Of a stretch of DNA of 64,000 nucleotides, positions 9,722 through 20,216 are shown piece by piece (position 1 is the stretch's first letter; each line of letters begins with the position of its first letter). The DNA comes from a virus, in IMG/VR virus record IMGVR_UViG_3300028384_000657, positions 1 through 64,000 of that record; one strand, given 5' to 3'. The translations under genes and the position numbers were made by a program. The notes under the pieces were generated by a model. The model had not been told where the DNA came from and made no database searches. It saw only the letters and a list, made by a program, of their open reading frames with translations.

Positions 9722-9733
9722 GTGTGCTATAAT
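9706..9733 (+). promoter_or_regulatory. sigma70-type promoter for g55
   Basis: TTGACA-16-TATAAT with extended -10 (TGC). Confidence 0.8.
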
Positions 9734-9753
9734 AAACACAAAGCAAAGACATT

Positions 9754-10254
9754 ATGAAAACTGGTAGACAAAAGAAACAACACTACGTTGATAACCAAGA
9801 GTTTCTCGCTGAGATCATTAAGTATCGTGATCTTGTTCAACTAGCAGAAGCAAAAGGTCTGCCAAAACCTCGTGTCAATAATTATATTGGTGGTTGCTTT
9901 CTAAAGATTGCAACACATTTATCATACAAACCAAATTTTATCAACTACATGTATAAGGATGACATGATTTGTGATGGAATTGAAAACTGTATTCAGTATA
10001 TCGATAATTTTAATCCAGAGAAATCTAGAAATCCTTTCGCATATTTTACTCAGATTGTGTACTTTGCTTTCTTGAGACGTATTGCAAAGGAAAAACGTCA
10101 GATGGATATTAAAGAGAAGATCATCGAGAAGTCAGGCTACGACGAAGTTATGCATATTGACGGCGATTCAAAAACCGAGTATAATTATATTAAGTCTAGA
10201 ATTGAATCAAATTCTAGGAATGTCCAACGCCGAGATCAACGTCGCGAATCCTGA
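9754..10254 (+). CDS. g55: late transcription sigma factor gp55
   Basis: HYVDNQEFL, LSYKPNFINY, DMICDGIENC, NPFAYFTQI. Confidence 0.97.
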   Translation: MKTGRQKKQHYVDNQEFLAEIIKYRDLVQLAEAKGLPKPRVNNYIGGCFLKIATHLSYKPNFINYMYKDDMICDGIENCIQYIDNFNPEKSRNPFAYFTQIVYFAFLRRIAKEKRQMDIKEKIIEKSGYDEVMHIDGDSKTEYNYIKSRIESNSRNVQRRDQRRES

Positions 10255-10257
10255 TTA

Positions 10258-11292
10258 ATGAAAGTCCTCCTGATTACTGATCAACACTTTGGTGTTCGTA
10301 ACGACAATCAGTTTTTTATAAATCATTATAAAAAGTTTTATGGTGAAATTGTAATTCCTTTTTTGAAAGCATCTGGTATCTCCACAGTCATCTGTCTTGG
10401 AGATACCTTTGATCGTCGTAGATCAATTAACTTTATGTCTCTAGATGAGGCGAAGAAGATGTGGTTTGATCCTCTAGAGGAAATGAGTGTCAAAATGCAC
10501 ATGCTTGTAGGAAACCATGATATCTACTACAAAAACACTTTACGAGTTAACGCCCCAAGTGAATTACTTGGACAGTACAGCAACATCACAGTCCACGATA
10601 GACCTACTACCATTGACGTTGATGGTCTTCCTATACTTCTTTTGCCTTGGATATGTGACGAAAACTACGACGAATCCTTACGATCTATTACAGAAAGTCC
10701 TGCTACTGTCGTTATGGGCCATCTTGAGTTTAACGGGTTTGAAGCACATCCTGGTCATATGATGGAAACGGGAATGGATCATTCCATTTTCAAAAAGTTT
10801 GATAAAGTGTTCAGTGGGCACTATCATATGAAGTCGAAGCGTGATAATGTAGTCTATCTTGGTAATCCATATCAACTGTATTGGAATGACTACGCATCAA
10901 AAAGAGGATTCCACGTCCTCGACACTGACACTCTCAAAACTACTTTTTACAGAAATCCCTTTACTACTTTTCATAAGTTGTATTATAATGACGGGGTTGC
11001 TATACCAGATCACCGAGAACTGGAGGGAACATTCGTCAAACTAATCGTAGAAGATAAGGGAGACTATGCTAAGTTTGATTATGCCGTGAATCAACTTCAA
11101 AGCATGGGTTTAGCAGATCTAAAAATTATTGAAGATCTCAGTCTGGACCTTGAAAACGGCAATGCTGTGGTAGAATCCGAAGATACTTTGTCTTTGTTAG
11201 ATAACTACATAGATGAGATAGACCTTAAAGTTAACAAGGGAAATGTCAAATCTGTTATGCGTTCACTCTACATGGAAGCATCGGAGCTATAA
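10258..11292 (+). CDS. g47: recombination endonuclease subunit gp47 (Mre11/SbcD-like)
   Basis: TDQHFG, LGDTFD, VGNHD, SGHYH metallophosphoesterase motifs. Confidence 0.96.
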   Translation: MKVLLITDQHFGVRNDNQFFINHYKKFYGEIVIPFLKASGISTVICLGDTFDRRRSINFMSLDEAKKMWFDPLEEMSVKMHMLVGNHDIYYKNTLRVNAPSELLGQYSNITVHDRPTTIDVDGLPILLLPWICDENYDESLRSITESPATVVMGHLEFNGFEAHPGHMMETGMDHSIFKKFDKVFSGHYHMKSKRDNVVYLGNPYQLYWNDYASKRGFHVLDTDTLKTTFYRNPFTTFHKLYYNDGVAIPDHRELEGTFVKLIVEDKGDYAKFDYAVNQLQSMGLADLKIIEDLSLDLENGNAVVESEDTLSLLDNYIDEIDLKVNKGNVKSVMRSLYMEASEL

Positions 11293-11553
11293 ATGTTTAT
11301 TTTAACAGAAGAATCCACTGGCGGAGTCTTTGCTGTACAAGACAAACGGAACGAATTTAAAAGAATCGTTCAATGTTTTGAAGATAAAGATGACGCTGAA
11401 AGATATCTGGTATTATTAGAAGGTGATAACTATCCAGATCAATTACAAATTATGGAAGTAGAACCAGAAGTCATCGCTTTTAATTGTGTAAACCATGGTT
11501 ATGAATATACTGTTGTAACTCCTAACGACTTTGTGATCCCCGACATACTATGA
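11293..11553 (+). CDS. conserved hypothetical protein
   Basis: FEDKDDAERYLVLLE; abuts g47 and g46. Confidence 0.7.
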   Translation: MFILTEESTGGVFAVQDKRNEFKRIVQCFEDKDDAERYLVLLEGDNYPDQLQIMEVEPEVIAFNCVNHGYEYTVVTPNDFVIPDIL

Positions 11554-13271
11554 TTGTATTTGAAACTATCCGCTGGAAGAATTTTTTATCTACAGGTGAC
11601 CAGTGGACAGAAATTAAACTAGACGAAACAACATCAACGTTGATCGTCGGACAGAATGGTGCTGGAAAATCGACTATGCTCGATGCACTGTGTTTTGGTC
11701 TGTTCAATAAACCATTTAGAAAAATCAACCGTGGACAGTTGGTAAACAGTATCAACGAAAAGGGTCTGAAGGTTGAAGTGTGCTTTACTATAGGTCGTGA
11801 TGATTATCGGGTATTCCGAGGAGCAAAACCAAATGTCTTTGAACTTTATCGAAACAATAAACTGGTCGATCAGGACGCTGCTGCCAAAGACACGCAGAAG
11901 TACTTGGAGCAATCAGTGCTCAAACTCAATTTCAAAAGTTTCACTCAAGTCGTTATACTCGGATCATCAACTTTTGTCCCCTTCATGCAACTCCCTGCCT
12001 CTCACAGGCGAGAAGTTATTGAAGATCTACTTGACATCAACATCTTCTCAAACATGAATTCTTTGCTGAAGGATCGTATCCGAACAGCACAAGGACAGAG
12101 TAAAGATTGCGTTCATATGTTGAGTCTTGCAGAAGAGAAAGTTAATAGTCAAGAGAGACTAATTGAATCTCTCCAGCAAGTTAATAATACACGTCAGAAA
12201 GAGAAGTTAGAAAAATATACCAACAATAAGAATTTAATTGCTGAACACCAGCAAGCAAAAGTATCTAAAGAGAATGAACTTTCTGAGTTAGAATCTCAGA
12301 TCAAAGACGTTACTAGTCACAAAGAACTCTTGAGTAGTTTGAGACAGTCACAGTCTGATATCAACTCGGAACTGAAATCTGCTGCCAAAGAATTAAAGTT
12401 CTTTAAATCACATGACGAGTGCCCTACTTGCTCTCAGCAGATTGAACCTGCATTTAAGAATGCTGTAATCGGTGGTCTTGAGGGTAAAGGTAAGAACCTA
12501 ACTAAGCAGTTTAAGTCTATCACCACCGAGATTGCTGATGCTGTATCGATTGTAGAAAAGATGGAAGATCTTTCTACCAATTGTCATAATGTTCGATCTC
12601 AGATTAGTTCTTCTGAGAGAGAAGTTGTACGTCTAGAGATGGAGAATCTTCAACTTGATAAGGAGATGATCGAACTACAAACTAACACTCCTAACCTTGA
12701 TAAGGAAAAATCATCTCTGGTTGAGTTTGAAGGTCAGTTGAAATCTACAAAAAACGACTGTAGTGAGATCAATCAAACCTTAGATGAGTATCAGGTTGTG
12801 TCATCTTTGTTGAGAGATTCTGGAATCAAAAGTCAGATTATCAAAAAATATGTGCCTGTATTCAATAATCTTATCAATAAATACCTGCATAGCATGGATT
12901 TCTTTGTCAACTTTACCCTTGATGAAGAATTTAATGAAGTTATTAAAAGTAGATTTCGTGATGAGTTCTCATATGCTTCCTTCTCTGAGGGAGAGAAGCA
13001 AAAGATCGATCTCGCTTTGCTTTTTACATGGCGAGAAGTCGCTAGGATGAAAAATAGTGTTGCCACCAATCTACTCATACTTGATGAGGTATTTGATAGT
13101 TCTCTCGATACAGAGGGCACTAATGAACTGTTTAAGATTTTGCGTAGTCTTGGGAGTGATACTAATGTCTTTGTTATTTCGCACAAAGGGGATATTCTTG
13201 TAGATAAATTTTTAAGGACAATCAAATTTGAAAAAGTCAATGACTTCTCAAAAATGTCAGACGATTCGTAA
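11550..13271 (+). CDS. g46: recombination ATPase gp46 (Rad50/SbcC-like)
   Basis: GQNGAGKST, CPTC zinc hook, FSEGEK signature, LILDEVFD. Confidence 0.97.
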   Translation: MIVFETIRWKNFLSTGDQWTEIKLDETTSTLIVGQNGAGKSTMLDALCFGLFNKPFRKINRGQLVNSINEKGLKVEVCFTIGRDDYRVFRGAKPNVFELYRNNKLVDQDAAAKDTQKYLEQSVLKLNFKSFTQVVILGSSTFVPFMQLPASHRREVIEDLLDINIFSNMNSLLKDRIRTAQGQSKDCVHMLSLAEEKVNSQERLIESLQQVNNTRQKEKLEKYTNNKNLIAEHQQAKVSKENELSELESQIKDVTSHKELLSSLRQSQSDINSELKSAAKELKFFKSHDECPTCSQQIEPAFKNAVIGGLEGKGKNLTKQFKSITTEIADAVSIVEKMEDLSTNCHNVRSQISSSEREVVRLEMENLQLDKEMIELQTNTPNLDKEKSSLVEFEGQLKSTKNDCSEINQTLDEYQVVSSLLRDSGIKSQIIKKYVPVFNNLINKYLHSMDFFVNFTLDEEFNEVIKSRFRDEFSYASFSEGEKQKIDLALLFTWREVARMKNSVATNLLILDEVFDSSLDTEGTNELFKILRSLGSDTNVFVISHKGDILVDKFLRTIKFEKVNDFSKMSDDS

Positions 13272-13485
13272 AGCGTGGCGAGTCTGGGCAAAAGCATTAG
13301 GGCAGAAAGATGGACGAAACGACAGAGAGGCTGATACTATTGCTGGCATACGCACCCTTATTTTTGTTTCTTACATGGTTACAAACATCGCTATTGTGGC
13401 TAATGCAGTAAGACATTGGGACAATCGACAAACTGTCCCCATGGTGGACCATGCCATTGACGATCGTGTTATACTTAACAAGTAA
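13228..13485 (+). CDS. small membrane protein (start uncertain)
   Basis: WRVWAKALG.K.G..DREAD.IA.IRT...VANAVRHW, one hydrophobic helix. Confidence 0.6.
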   Translation: MKKSMTSQKCQTIRKAWRVWAKALGQKDGRNDREADTIAGIRTLIFVSYMVTNIAIVANAVRHWDNRQTVPMVDHAIDDRVILNK

Positions 13486-13497
13486 TCGAAAGAAAGC

Positions 13498-15657
13498 ATG
13501 ATCAACACCGAAGTCAAAGGAACCCTCGCCAAATTGTTGGCAACCGAAAATCTGACTGTGGAACACCGCAAAGTCAGTACTGCATACTTTGATGTTGATG
13601 AACGGGTTCTGTGTCTTCCTATCTGGGAGCGTGCTTCTAGCACTGTATATGATCTCCTGGTAGGTCATGAGGTTGGTCATGCTCTCTACACCCCTCCAGA
13701 GGACTACTCAGACGCTCCTAAGGCGTTTATGAACGTCCTAGAGGATGCTCGTATCGAGCGTATGATGAAGCAGACATATCCTGGTCTTCGTCAAACTTTC
13801 TTTGAAGGTTACAAAGAATTGTGGGAAGATGATTTCTTCGGAGTCTCGGAAGATGAACTTCCCTACATCCCATTCATCGATCGTATCAACCTGTATTTCA
13901 AAGGTAATAACCTGGTTGAATTTTCTGATGAAGAGATGCCATATGTTGTACGTGCTGGACAAACTAAGACTTTCCGAGAAGTTATTGACCTTGCTGTAGA
14001 GATCTATGAGTTCTCTAAGCAGAAGCAAGAGGAAAAGGATGATGATTTCCAAACACCTCCTGAACGAGATACTGATAATAACACCACTGCAGATGATGAA
14101 GTTCAGGTAGGTAATACTGAGGATGAAGATAAAGAGTGGCCTACAGAGAGCGATCCAGAAAGTGATCATCGTAGTGATCGAGACTTTTCTGATGATGAGG
14201 ATCCCGATTTAGATACTCCTAGTTACAGTCAGGAGGAGACTGGTGGTAGCGACTTTGATGAAACTGAAAGTATCACCGACAGCGCACTTCAAGAGTCTCT
14301 GTCACGTCTTATCTCTGATGATGCTAAGGAATGGGTCTATCTAGATCTGCCTCAGTTCAATTATCGTGACTTTACTGAAGGATATGATGACATTCAAAAA
14401 GATCTGAAGAAGTGGTTTGATCGTAGTATTGACGGATTTGTTGATATTGACAACTATGATTACTTCCATAAAAATGTTGCATACGCCGTAGACAAATATA
14501 CTTCCTTTAAGAAAGATGCACAGAAGTCTGTGAACTATCTTGTTAAACAGTTTGAGATGAAGAAGTCTGCTGATGAATACAAGCGTTCTGCAACTTCTAA
14601 GACAGGTGTTATTGATACAAATAAACTGTTCAAATATAAGTTGACTGATGATATCTTTAAGAAAGTTACTGTTGTGCCTGAAGGTAAGAACCATGGTTTG
14701 GTGATGTATCTGGACTGGTCTGGTTCTATGCAGTATCAATTGCTTGATACATTAAAGCAAACTTACAACCTCATTTGGTTCTGTCGCAAGGCAAATATTC
14801 CCTTCCGTGTGTATGGATTCCAAAGTGGATTGCGTCCAGAACAAGCTCCTCCCGTTAATCATAATAGGGGTGTTGGTATTACTCTTGCTGAGGACTTCAA
14901 ACTTTTTGAGTTCTTCTCTTCTCGTCAGAATCGACAGTCCCTGGATGAATCCATGCGACTAGTTTGGACTCAAGTATTTGCTTTTGCTGGTCATCGTATT
15001 CCATATTGCAACAAGTACACACTTGGCGGAACTCCTTTGGTCGAAGCGGTTCTTTGCACTCGTCAGATTGCACAAGAACTTAAAAAGGTTGAACAAGTTC
15101 AGAAGGTTACTATCATCTCTCTTACTGATGGTGAGTCTAATCCAATGATGTTTGCTCAGAAAATTGACGCTAGTAATGATTATCTTGGCAGAGAATATAA
15201 GAACACCTATCTGTGTCATCAGATCAGTAAAGTCTTTATTCTTCGTGATCCTGTTACTGGGTATTCTCGTAAAATCAATCCCTCTGCATATTACACTACT
15301 AAAGAGATTGTTTCTTTCTATAGAGAGATTACTGATTACAATTGGATTGGTATTCGTATCTGTAATAAAGGTGAACTCACACGTCTAATTCGTTACTTCG
15401 ATATGCAAGTTGATGAAGATGCCATCGATAAGCAGTGGAGGAAGGATAAGTTTGCCTCTCTGAAGAATGTTGCTGGATTTACTGAGTCTTTCTATATGCC
15501 TGATAAGAATACGGGCATGGGAACTACAGAACTTAATGTCAATCAGAAGAGTGAAGTTGCTACTAAATCTGAGTTGACTCGTGCTTTCAAAAAGCATATG
15601 GGTTCTAAGATGATGAACAAGACTGTTCTGAATGCATTCATAGACCAGATCGCATAG
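13498..15657 (+). CDS. zincin-like peptidase domain plus VWA domain protein (CobT-like partner of CobS)
   Basis: GHEVGHALYT (HExxH) with NVLEDARIE; acidic linker; MIDAS motifs LDWSGSM, GGTPL, LTDGE. Confidence 0.85.
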   Translation: MINTEVKGTLAKLLATENLTVEHRKVSTAYFDVDERVLCLPIWERASSTVYDLLVGHEVGHALYTPPEDYSDAPKAFMNVLEDARIERMMKQTYPGLRQTFFEGYKELWEDDFFGVSEDELPYIPFIDRINLYFKGNNLVEFSDEEMPYVVRAGQTKTFREVIDLAVEIYEFSKQKQEEKDDDFQTPPERDTDNNTTADDEVQVGNTEDEDKEWPTESDPESDHRSDRDFSDDEDPDLDTPSYSQEETGGSDFDETESITDSALQESLSRLISDDAKEWVYLDLPQFNYRDFTEGYDDIQKDLKKWFDRSIDGFVDIDNYDYFHKNVAYAVDKYTSFKKDAQKSVNYLVKQFEMKKSADEYKRSATSKTGVIDTNKLFKYKLTDDIFKKVTVVPEGKNHGLVMYLDWSGSMQYQLLDTLKQTYNLIWFCRKANIPFRVYGFQSGLRPEQAPPVNHNRGVGITLAEDFKLFEFFSSRQNRQSLDESMRLVWTQVFAFAGHRIPYCNKYTLGGTPLVEAVLCTRQIAQELKKVEQVQKVTIISLTDGESNPMMFAQKIDASNDYLGREYKNTYLCHQISKVFILRDPVTGYSRKINPSAYYTTKEIVSFYREITDYNWIGIRICNKGELTRLIRYFDMQVDEDAIDKQWRKDKFASLKNVAGFTESFYMPDKNTGMGTTELNVNQKSEVATKSELTRAFKKHMGSKMMNKTVLNAFIDQIA

Positions 15658-15723
15658 TGGCACATGGGGTGGTCACACCCCACATACATCTGCTATAATT
15701 AATTCATACAAACAAACAATCCA

Positions 15724-16803
15724 ATGCCTTTCGCCCCAAATCCTGTTACTACCGAAGACCTTGTTCAGTATCTCAATGAGCATGTCGGAACTGAAGTCGG
15801 ATGTAAGAACATCCGTGAGGCAGCAAAGCAATTGAACGTATCTTACGCTACTGCTTGCAAACGTCTTAAATCTTATAAATCAGGTACGGGCAAGTGGAAC
15901 CTGACCGCTCAAGAAATTGAGCGAGCATATGATGCTCCTTCTGCTCAACCTGCCGTCGAAATCTCTTACATCCCTGACACCGATGATTCCTACGTCCAGT
16001 TTGGTAACTTCGCTACTGTTAAAAAAATTATTCAGTCCCGTCTATTCTACCCTGCATTTATCACGGGTCTCTCGGGTAATGGTAAAACGCTCTCTGTTGA
16101 GCAAGCGTGTGCCTCAACAAAGCGAGAGTTGATTCGTGTCAACATCACCATCGAAACGGACGAAGATGATCTTATTGGCGGTTTCCGTCTCGTCAATGGC
16201 GATACTGTTTGGCACAATGGTCCTGTCATCGAAGCTCTGGAGAGGGGAGCTATTCTTCTTCTAGACGAGATCGACCTTGCCTCTAACAAGATTCTCTGTC
16301 TTCAGTCTGTCCTTGAGGGCAAGGGAGTGTTCCTCAAGAAAATTGGTAAATATGTAAAACCCGCTAAAGGATTCAATGTTATTGCAACTGCAAATACTAA
16401 AGGTAAAGGCAGCGATGACGGTCGCTTTGTTGGAACCAATGTTCTTAATGAAGCATTCCTTGAGCGTTTCCCAGTCACCTTCGAGCAAGATTATCCCGTT
16501 GCCTCTGTTGAGACAAAGATCCTTTTGAACGCTGGTGCTGACCAAGACTTTGCTGATAACCTGGTCAAGTGGGCAGGTGTGATCCGTAAAACTTTCTTCG
16601 ATGGTGGGGTTGATGAAGTCATTACCACTCGTCGTCTAGTTCATATTGTTCAGGCATTCGGTATCTTTGGTAATCGCTTGAATGCAATCAAGGCATGTGT
16701 CAATCGTTTTGATGATGACACTAAGCAATCCTTCCTGGATCTTTATACAAAGGTTGACGCAGGAGAGGAAACAGAGTACAATGATGAAGATGAATCCATC
16801 TGA
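15724..16803 (+). CDS. cobS: CobS-like MoxR-family AAA+ ATPase
   Basis: GLSGNGKT Walker A, LLLDEID Walker B, ATANTKGKG, NEAFLERF; N-terminal HTH-like segment. Confidence 0.9.
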   Translation: MPFAPNPVTTEDLVQYLNEHVGTEVGCKNIREAAKQLNVSYATACKRLKSYKSGTGKWNLTAQEIERAYDAPSAQPAVEISYIPDTDDSYVQFGNFATVKKIIQSRLFYPAFITGLSGNGKTLSVEQACASTKRELIRVNITIETDEDDLIGGFRLVNGDTVWHNGPVIEALERGAILLLDEIDLASNKILCLQSVLEGKGVFLKKIGKYVKPAKGFNVIATANTKGKGSDDGRFVGTNVLNEAFLERFPVTFEQDYPVASVETKILLNAGADQDFADNLVKWAGVIRKTFFDGGVDEVITTRRLVHIVQAFGIFGNRLNAIKACVNRFDDDTKQSFLDLYTKVDAGEETEYNDEDESI

Positions 16804-16805
16804 TT

Positions 16806-17084
16806 ATGAAATACAATGAAGAGGAGCTCCTTAAGGAGATCCGAGACTATATCATTGGCACTTACAAACAGCACTATGCAACTGATAGTATTCAGACGCT
16901 AGACTTGATTGATGCCTGTGGAGACGCTGAAGCATTCTGTCGGAGTAATATTCTGAAGTATGCATCTCGATATGATAAGAAGGGAACTGCTCGTCGTGAT
17001 ATCATTAAGATCCTTCACTACGGTCTTCTCCTTCTTCATTTCAACGACAAATACGCATCCCCTACTGAAACTTATCCTCAATGA
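16806..17084 (+). CDS. conserved hypothetical protein (DUF3310-like)
   Basis: TYKQHY, FCRSNILKYASRYDKKG..RRDIIKILHY. Confidence 0.75.
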   Translation: MKYNEEELLKEIRDYIIGTYKQHYATDSIQTLDLIDACGDAEAFCRSNILKYASRYDKKGTARRDIIKILHYGLLLLHFNDKYASPTETYPQ

Positions 17085-17746
17085 CCGTAATTTCCCGCCC
17101 AACAATTGAAGTCCTTAAGAACTTTTGTTCAATCAATAAATCGATCGTTATCAAACCTGGTAATCAAGTTGCCACTCTCAGCATCAACAAAAACATTCTT
17201 GCTATTGCTGAAGTAGAAGAACAGTTTGATTCGCAGATTTCTATTTACGATCTGGGTGTATTCATTGGAGGTTTGTCTCTCTTTAACGAACCCAAGATCG
17301 ATACAACTCAAACTAACTTTATCACTGTAAGTGATGAGAGGGGTAAGTCTAAGACTCGTTATTTCTACGCTGATCCTGATGTTATTGTTCAACCTCCTGA
17401 GAAAGAGATCTCTCTACCCTCTGTAGATGTTGAATTCACTCTCTCTTCTAACACACTGGCACAATTGCAGCGAGCGGCATCTGTGTATGCTCTGCCAGAT
17501 CTCTGTCTGTATGGATTCAATGGATCGTTGCAACTTTGTGTGACTGACAAAAAGAATGATACCTCTAATAGTTACTCTGTTGAAGTTGGTGAGACCAACG
17601 ACAATCAGTTCTGTTATTGTTTCAAAGTAGAGAATCTCAAACTTCTTCCTGGTGACTACAAAGTTTCTATCAGTAAGCAAAACGTAGCACTCTTTGAAGG
17701 TGAAAACATCAAGTACTATATCGCACTTGAACCCTCTGTTTCCTGA
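17081..17746 (+). CDS. g45: sliding clamp gp45
   Basis: LKNFCSINKSI, IYDLGVF, FKVENLKLLPGDY, YYIALE. Confidence 0.96.
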   Translation: MTVISRPTIEVLKNFCSINKSIVIKPGNQVATLSINKNILAIAEVEEQFDSQISIYDLGVFIGGLSLFNEPKIDTTQTNFITVSDERGKSKTRYFYADPDVIVQPPEKEISLPSVDVEFTLSSNTLAQLQRAASVYALPDLCLYGFNGSLQLCVTDKKNDTSNSYSVEVGETNDNQFCYCFKVENLKLLPGDYKVSISKQNVALFEGENIKYYIALEPSVS

Positions 17747-17760
17747 TTTATTTTTTTATT

Positions 17761-18702
17761 ATGAATGATTTCCTCTGGGTAGAAAAGTATCGTCCTCAGA
17801 AAGTTGAGGAGTGCATTCTACCCGAATCTGTGAAGCACACCTTCCAGAGTTTTATTGATCAGGGTGAGATTCCTAATCTCCTGCTTTCTGGAACTGCTGG
17901 TGTTGGTAAGACTACTATTGCTAAAGCACTCTGTAACGAACTAGGAGCAGATTATTATGTTATCAATGGGTCCGATGAAGGTCGATTCCTGGATACTGTA
18001 CGCAATCAAGCAAAAAACTTTGCTTCTACTGTGTCTCTCACTGCTTCTGCTCGTCACAAGGTTCTTATCATCGATGAGGCAGACAATACAACACCTGATG
18101 TTCAACTTCTACTCAGGGCGTCGATTGAGGAGTTTCAAAAGAACTGTCGATTCATCTTTACTTGTAACTTCAAGAACAAGATCATCGAGCCGCTACATAG
18201 TAGGACGACTGTCGTAGAGTTCAATGTTCGTGGACAGACTAAGCAAGAGTTGGCAGGTGCTTTCTTCAATAGGTGCCAAGATATCCTCAAACGCGAGGAG
18301 GTCGCCTTCCAACCTAGAGTTGTTGCTGAAGTCGTACAGAAATACTTCCCCGACTTCCGACGCACCCTCAACGAACTCCAGCGATATGCAAGCACAGGGT
18401 CTATCGACACTGGCATTCTGGCGACGCTAGGTGATGCAAACATCAACACCCTGGTCGATAGTCTCAAGAACAAGAAATTCAACGATGTAAAAAAGTGGGT
18501 AACACAGAACCTTGATTCTGATCCCACATCTATCATGCGTAAACTCTATGATAATCTGTCTACTGTGATGGACGGTCCTAGTGTTGCCGCTGCTGTTCTA
18601 ATTATTGCTGAGTATCAATACAAGTCTGCATTTGTTGTAGACCAAGAAATTAATCTGCTCGCTTGTCTTACTCAACTAATGCTGGAGTGTAATTTCAAAT
18701 GA
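17761..18702 (+). CDS. g44: clamp loader large subunit gp44
   Basis: LWVEKYRP, GTAGVGKTT, IIDEAD, PLHSR, FPDFRR. Confidence 0.97.
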   Translation: MNDFLWVEKYRPQKVEECILPESVKHTFQSFIDQGEIPNLLLSGTAGVGKTTIAKALCNELGADYYVINGSDEGRFLDTVRNQAKNFASTVSLTASARHKVLIIDEADNTTPDVQLLLRASIEEFQKNCRFIFTCNFKNKIIEPLHSRTTVVEFNVRGQTKQELAGAFFNRCQDILKREEVAFQPRVVAEVVQKYFPDFRRTLNELQRYASTGSIDTGILATLGDANINTLVDSLKNKKFNDVKKWVTQNLDSDPTSIMRKLYDNLSTVMDGPSVAAAVLIIAEYQYKSAFVVDQEINLLACLTQLMLECNFK

Positions 18703-18995
18703 AAGATGTGAAACTGATTAGGATGATCACTGGAGAGGAGATCATCGCTGAAGTCCTTGATTGGAAAGATGGTGTTCTTACTATCAAGAATGCCTTGCTA
18801 GTAATTCCTCAGCAGAATCAAGTTGGGTTTGCTCCCTGGGCAACGGTAATCGATCCAGAGCATCCCGAGATTGGTCTTGATATGAAACATGTTATCTACA
18901 GTGTTGAGGTAGCACCAGCAGTTGCAGACCAGTACAATCAAATCTTTGGCAACAAAATTATTACTACTCCCGAAGAGAAGAAACTTATTCTATGA
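18699..18995 (+). CDS. conserved hypothetical protein (Sm-like fold suspected)
   Basis: VKLIRMITGEEIIAE...GFAPW; ATGA-coupled to g44. Confidence 0.7.
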   Translation: MKDVKLIRMITGEEIIAEVLDWKDGVLTIKNALLVIPQQNQVGFAPWATVIDPEHPEIGLDMKHVIYSVEVAPAVADQYNQIFGNKIITTPEEKKLIL

Positions 18996-19825
18996 CCGCT
19001 CTGAAAACTCCCCTTCGTTATCCTGGTGGGAAGTCTCGTGCTGTCAAAAAGATGGCACCCTTCTTTCCGCTCTTCAAAGACTATACTGAATATCGTGAAC
19101 CATTTCTCGGTGGTGGTTCTGTAGCACTTTATATCACTCAGATGTATCCTCATCTAGATATTTGGGTGAACGATCTCTACGAACCGCTTTACAATTTCTG
19201 GCGTGAACTACAGGAGAATCCTGATGAAATTAGGTCCCAACTCATCCAACTTAAACAAAGGCACCCTGACCCCTCTTCCGCAAAATATCTTTTCAAGGAG
19301 TCTAAAGAGTATCTCGGGAATGACCCCCGACGCTGTGATGCTACGGCTCGTGCTGTCAGTTTCTATATTGTTAACAAGTGCTCTTTTTCTGGTCTCACTG
19401 AATCCTCGTCCTTTTCAAAACAGGCGTCCGATAACAACTTCTCCTTCAGGGGATTTGACAAACTGCCATACTACTCACAAGTCATCAGAAACTGGAAGAT
19501 CACAAATCTTTCTTACGACGCCTTGATGACCGATGACAAAAAAACTTTTGTTTATCTAGATCCTCCGTACGATATTAAGTCAAACCTGTATGGTAAAAAG
19601 GGTGACATGCATAAAGGGTTTGACCATGACGAATTTTATTATACTTGCGATCGATATACCTGCGATCAAATGGTCTCCTATAACTCTTCTAATCTTATTA
19701 AGTCTAGATTTATTGACTGGAAACCTCTTGAATACGATCATACTTACACCATGCGATCCGTTGGTGAATACATGCAAGAACAACAAACCCGTAAAGAACT
19801 CCTGCTCCTAAATTATGTCGTATGA
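18992..19825 (+). CDS. dam: DNA adenine methyltransferase (Dam family)
   Basis: PLRYPGGKS, YREPFLGGGSV, YLDPPY. Confidence 0.93.
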   Translation: MTALKTPLRYPGGKSRAVKKMAPFFPLFKDYTEYREPFLGGGSVALYITQMYPHLDIWVNDLYEPLYNFWRELQENPDEIRSQLIQLKQRHPDPSSAKYLFKESKEYLGNDPRRCDATARAVSFYIVNKCSFSGLTESSSFSKQASDNNFSFRGFDKLPYYSQVIRNWKITNLSYDALMTDDKKTFVYLDPPYDIKSNLYGKKGDMHKGFDHDEFYYTCDRYTCDQMVSYNSSNLIKSRFIDWKPLEYDHTYTMRSVGEYMQEQQTRKELLLLNYVV

Positions 19826-20216
19826 TGAAAGGTATCCTCTTAAGGATTATCTAAATACCATCAATCAAACTAAACAGTATTTGATGGATGAAGATCCTGG
19901 TTGGGAAAAGAACTATCCTGCTTATGTAATTAATAAGTGTATGTCGCAACACATGGACACCATCATGTATGCGAATGAAATGAATCAGTATCAAGGTCTA
20001 GACAAGAAATTACAATATGATTTCTTTATAAATATCGTCAGACCCCGCAAGAGATTCTCTCCTTGGGGTAAGAAACAAAAGGTGAAAGATCTTGAACTTG
20101 TCAAGCAATATTATGGTTACTCAACCGAAAAAGCATTGCAGGCATTGCGGATTCTATCTCCTGAACAACTTGAAATTATCCGAGATAAATTGAATAAAGG
20201 GGGTAAGACCAGATGA
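19815..20216 (+). CDS. g62: clamp loader small subunit gp62
   Basis: YLNTINQTK, NEMNQY, RPRKRFSPW, VKQYYGYS.EKA. Confidence 0.94.
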   Translation: MSYDERYPLKDYLNTINQTKQYLMDEDPGWEKNYPAYVINKCMSQHMDTIMYANEMNQYQGLDKKLQYDFFINIVRPRKRFSPWGKKQKVKDLELVKQYYGYSTEKALQALRILSPEQLEIIRDKLNKGGKTR

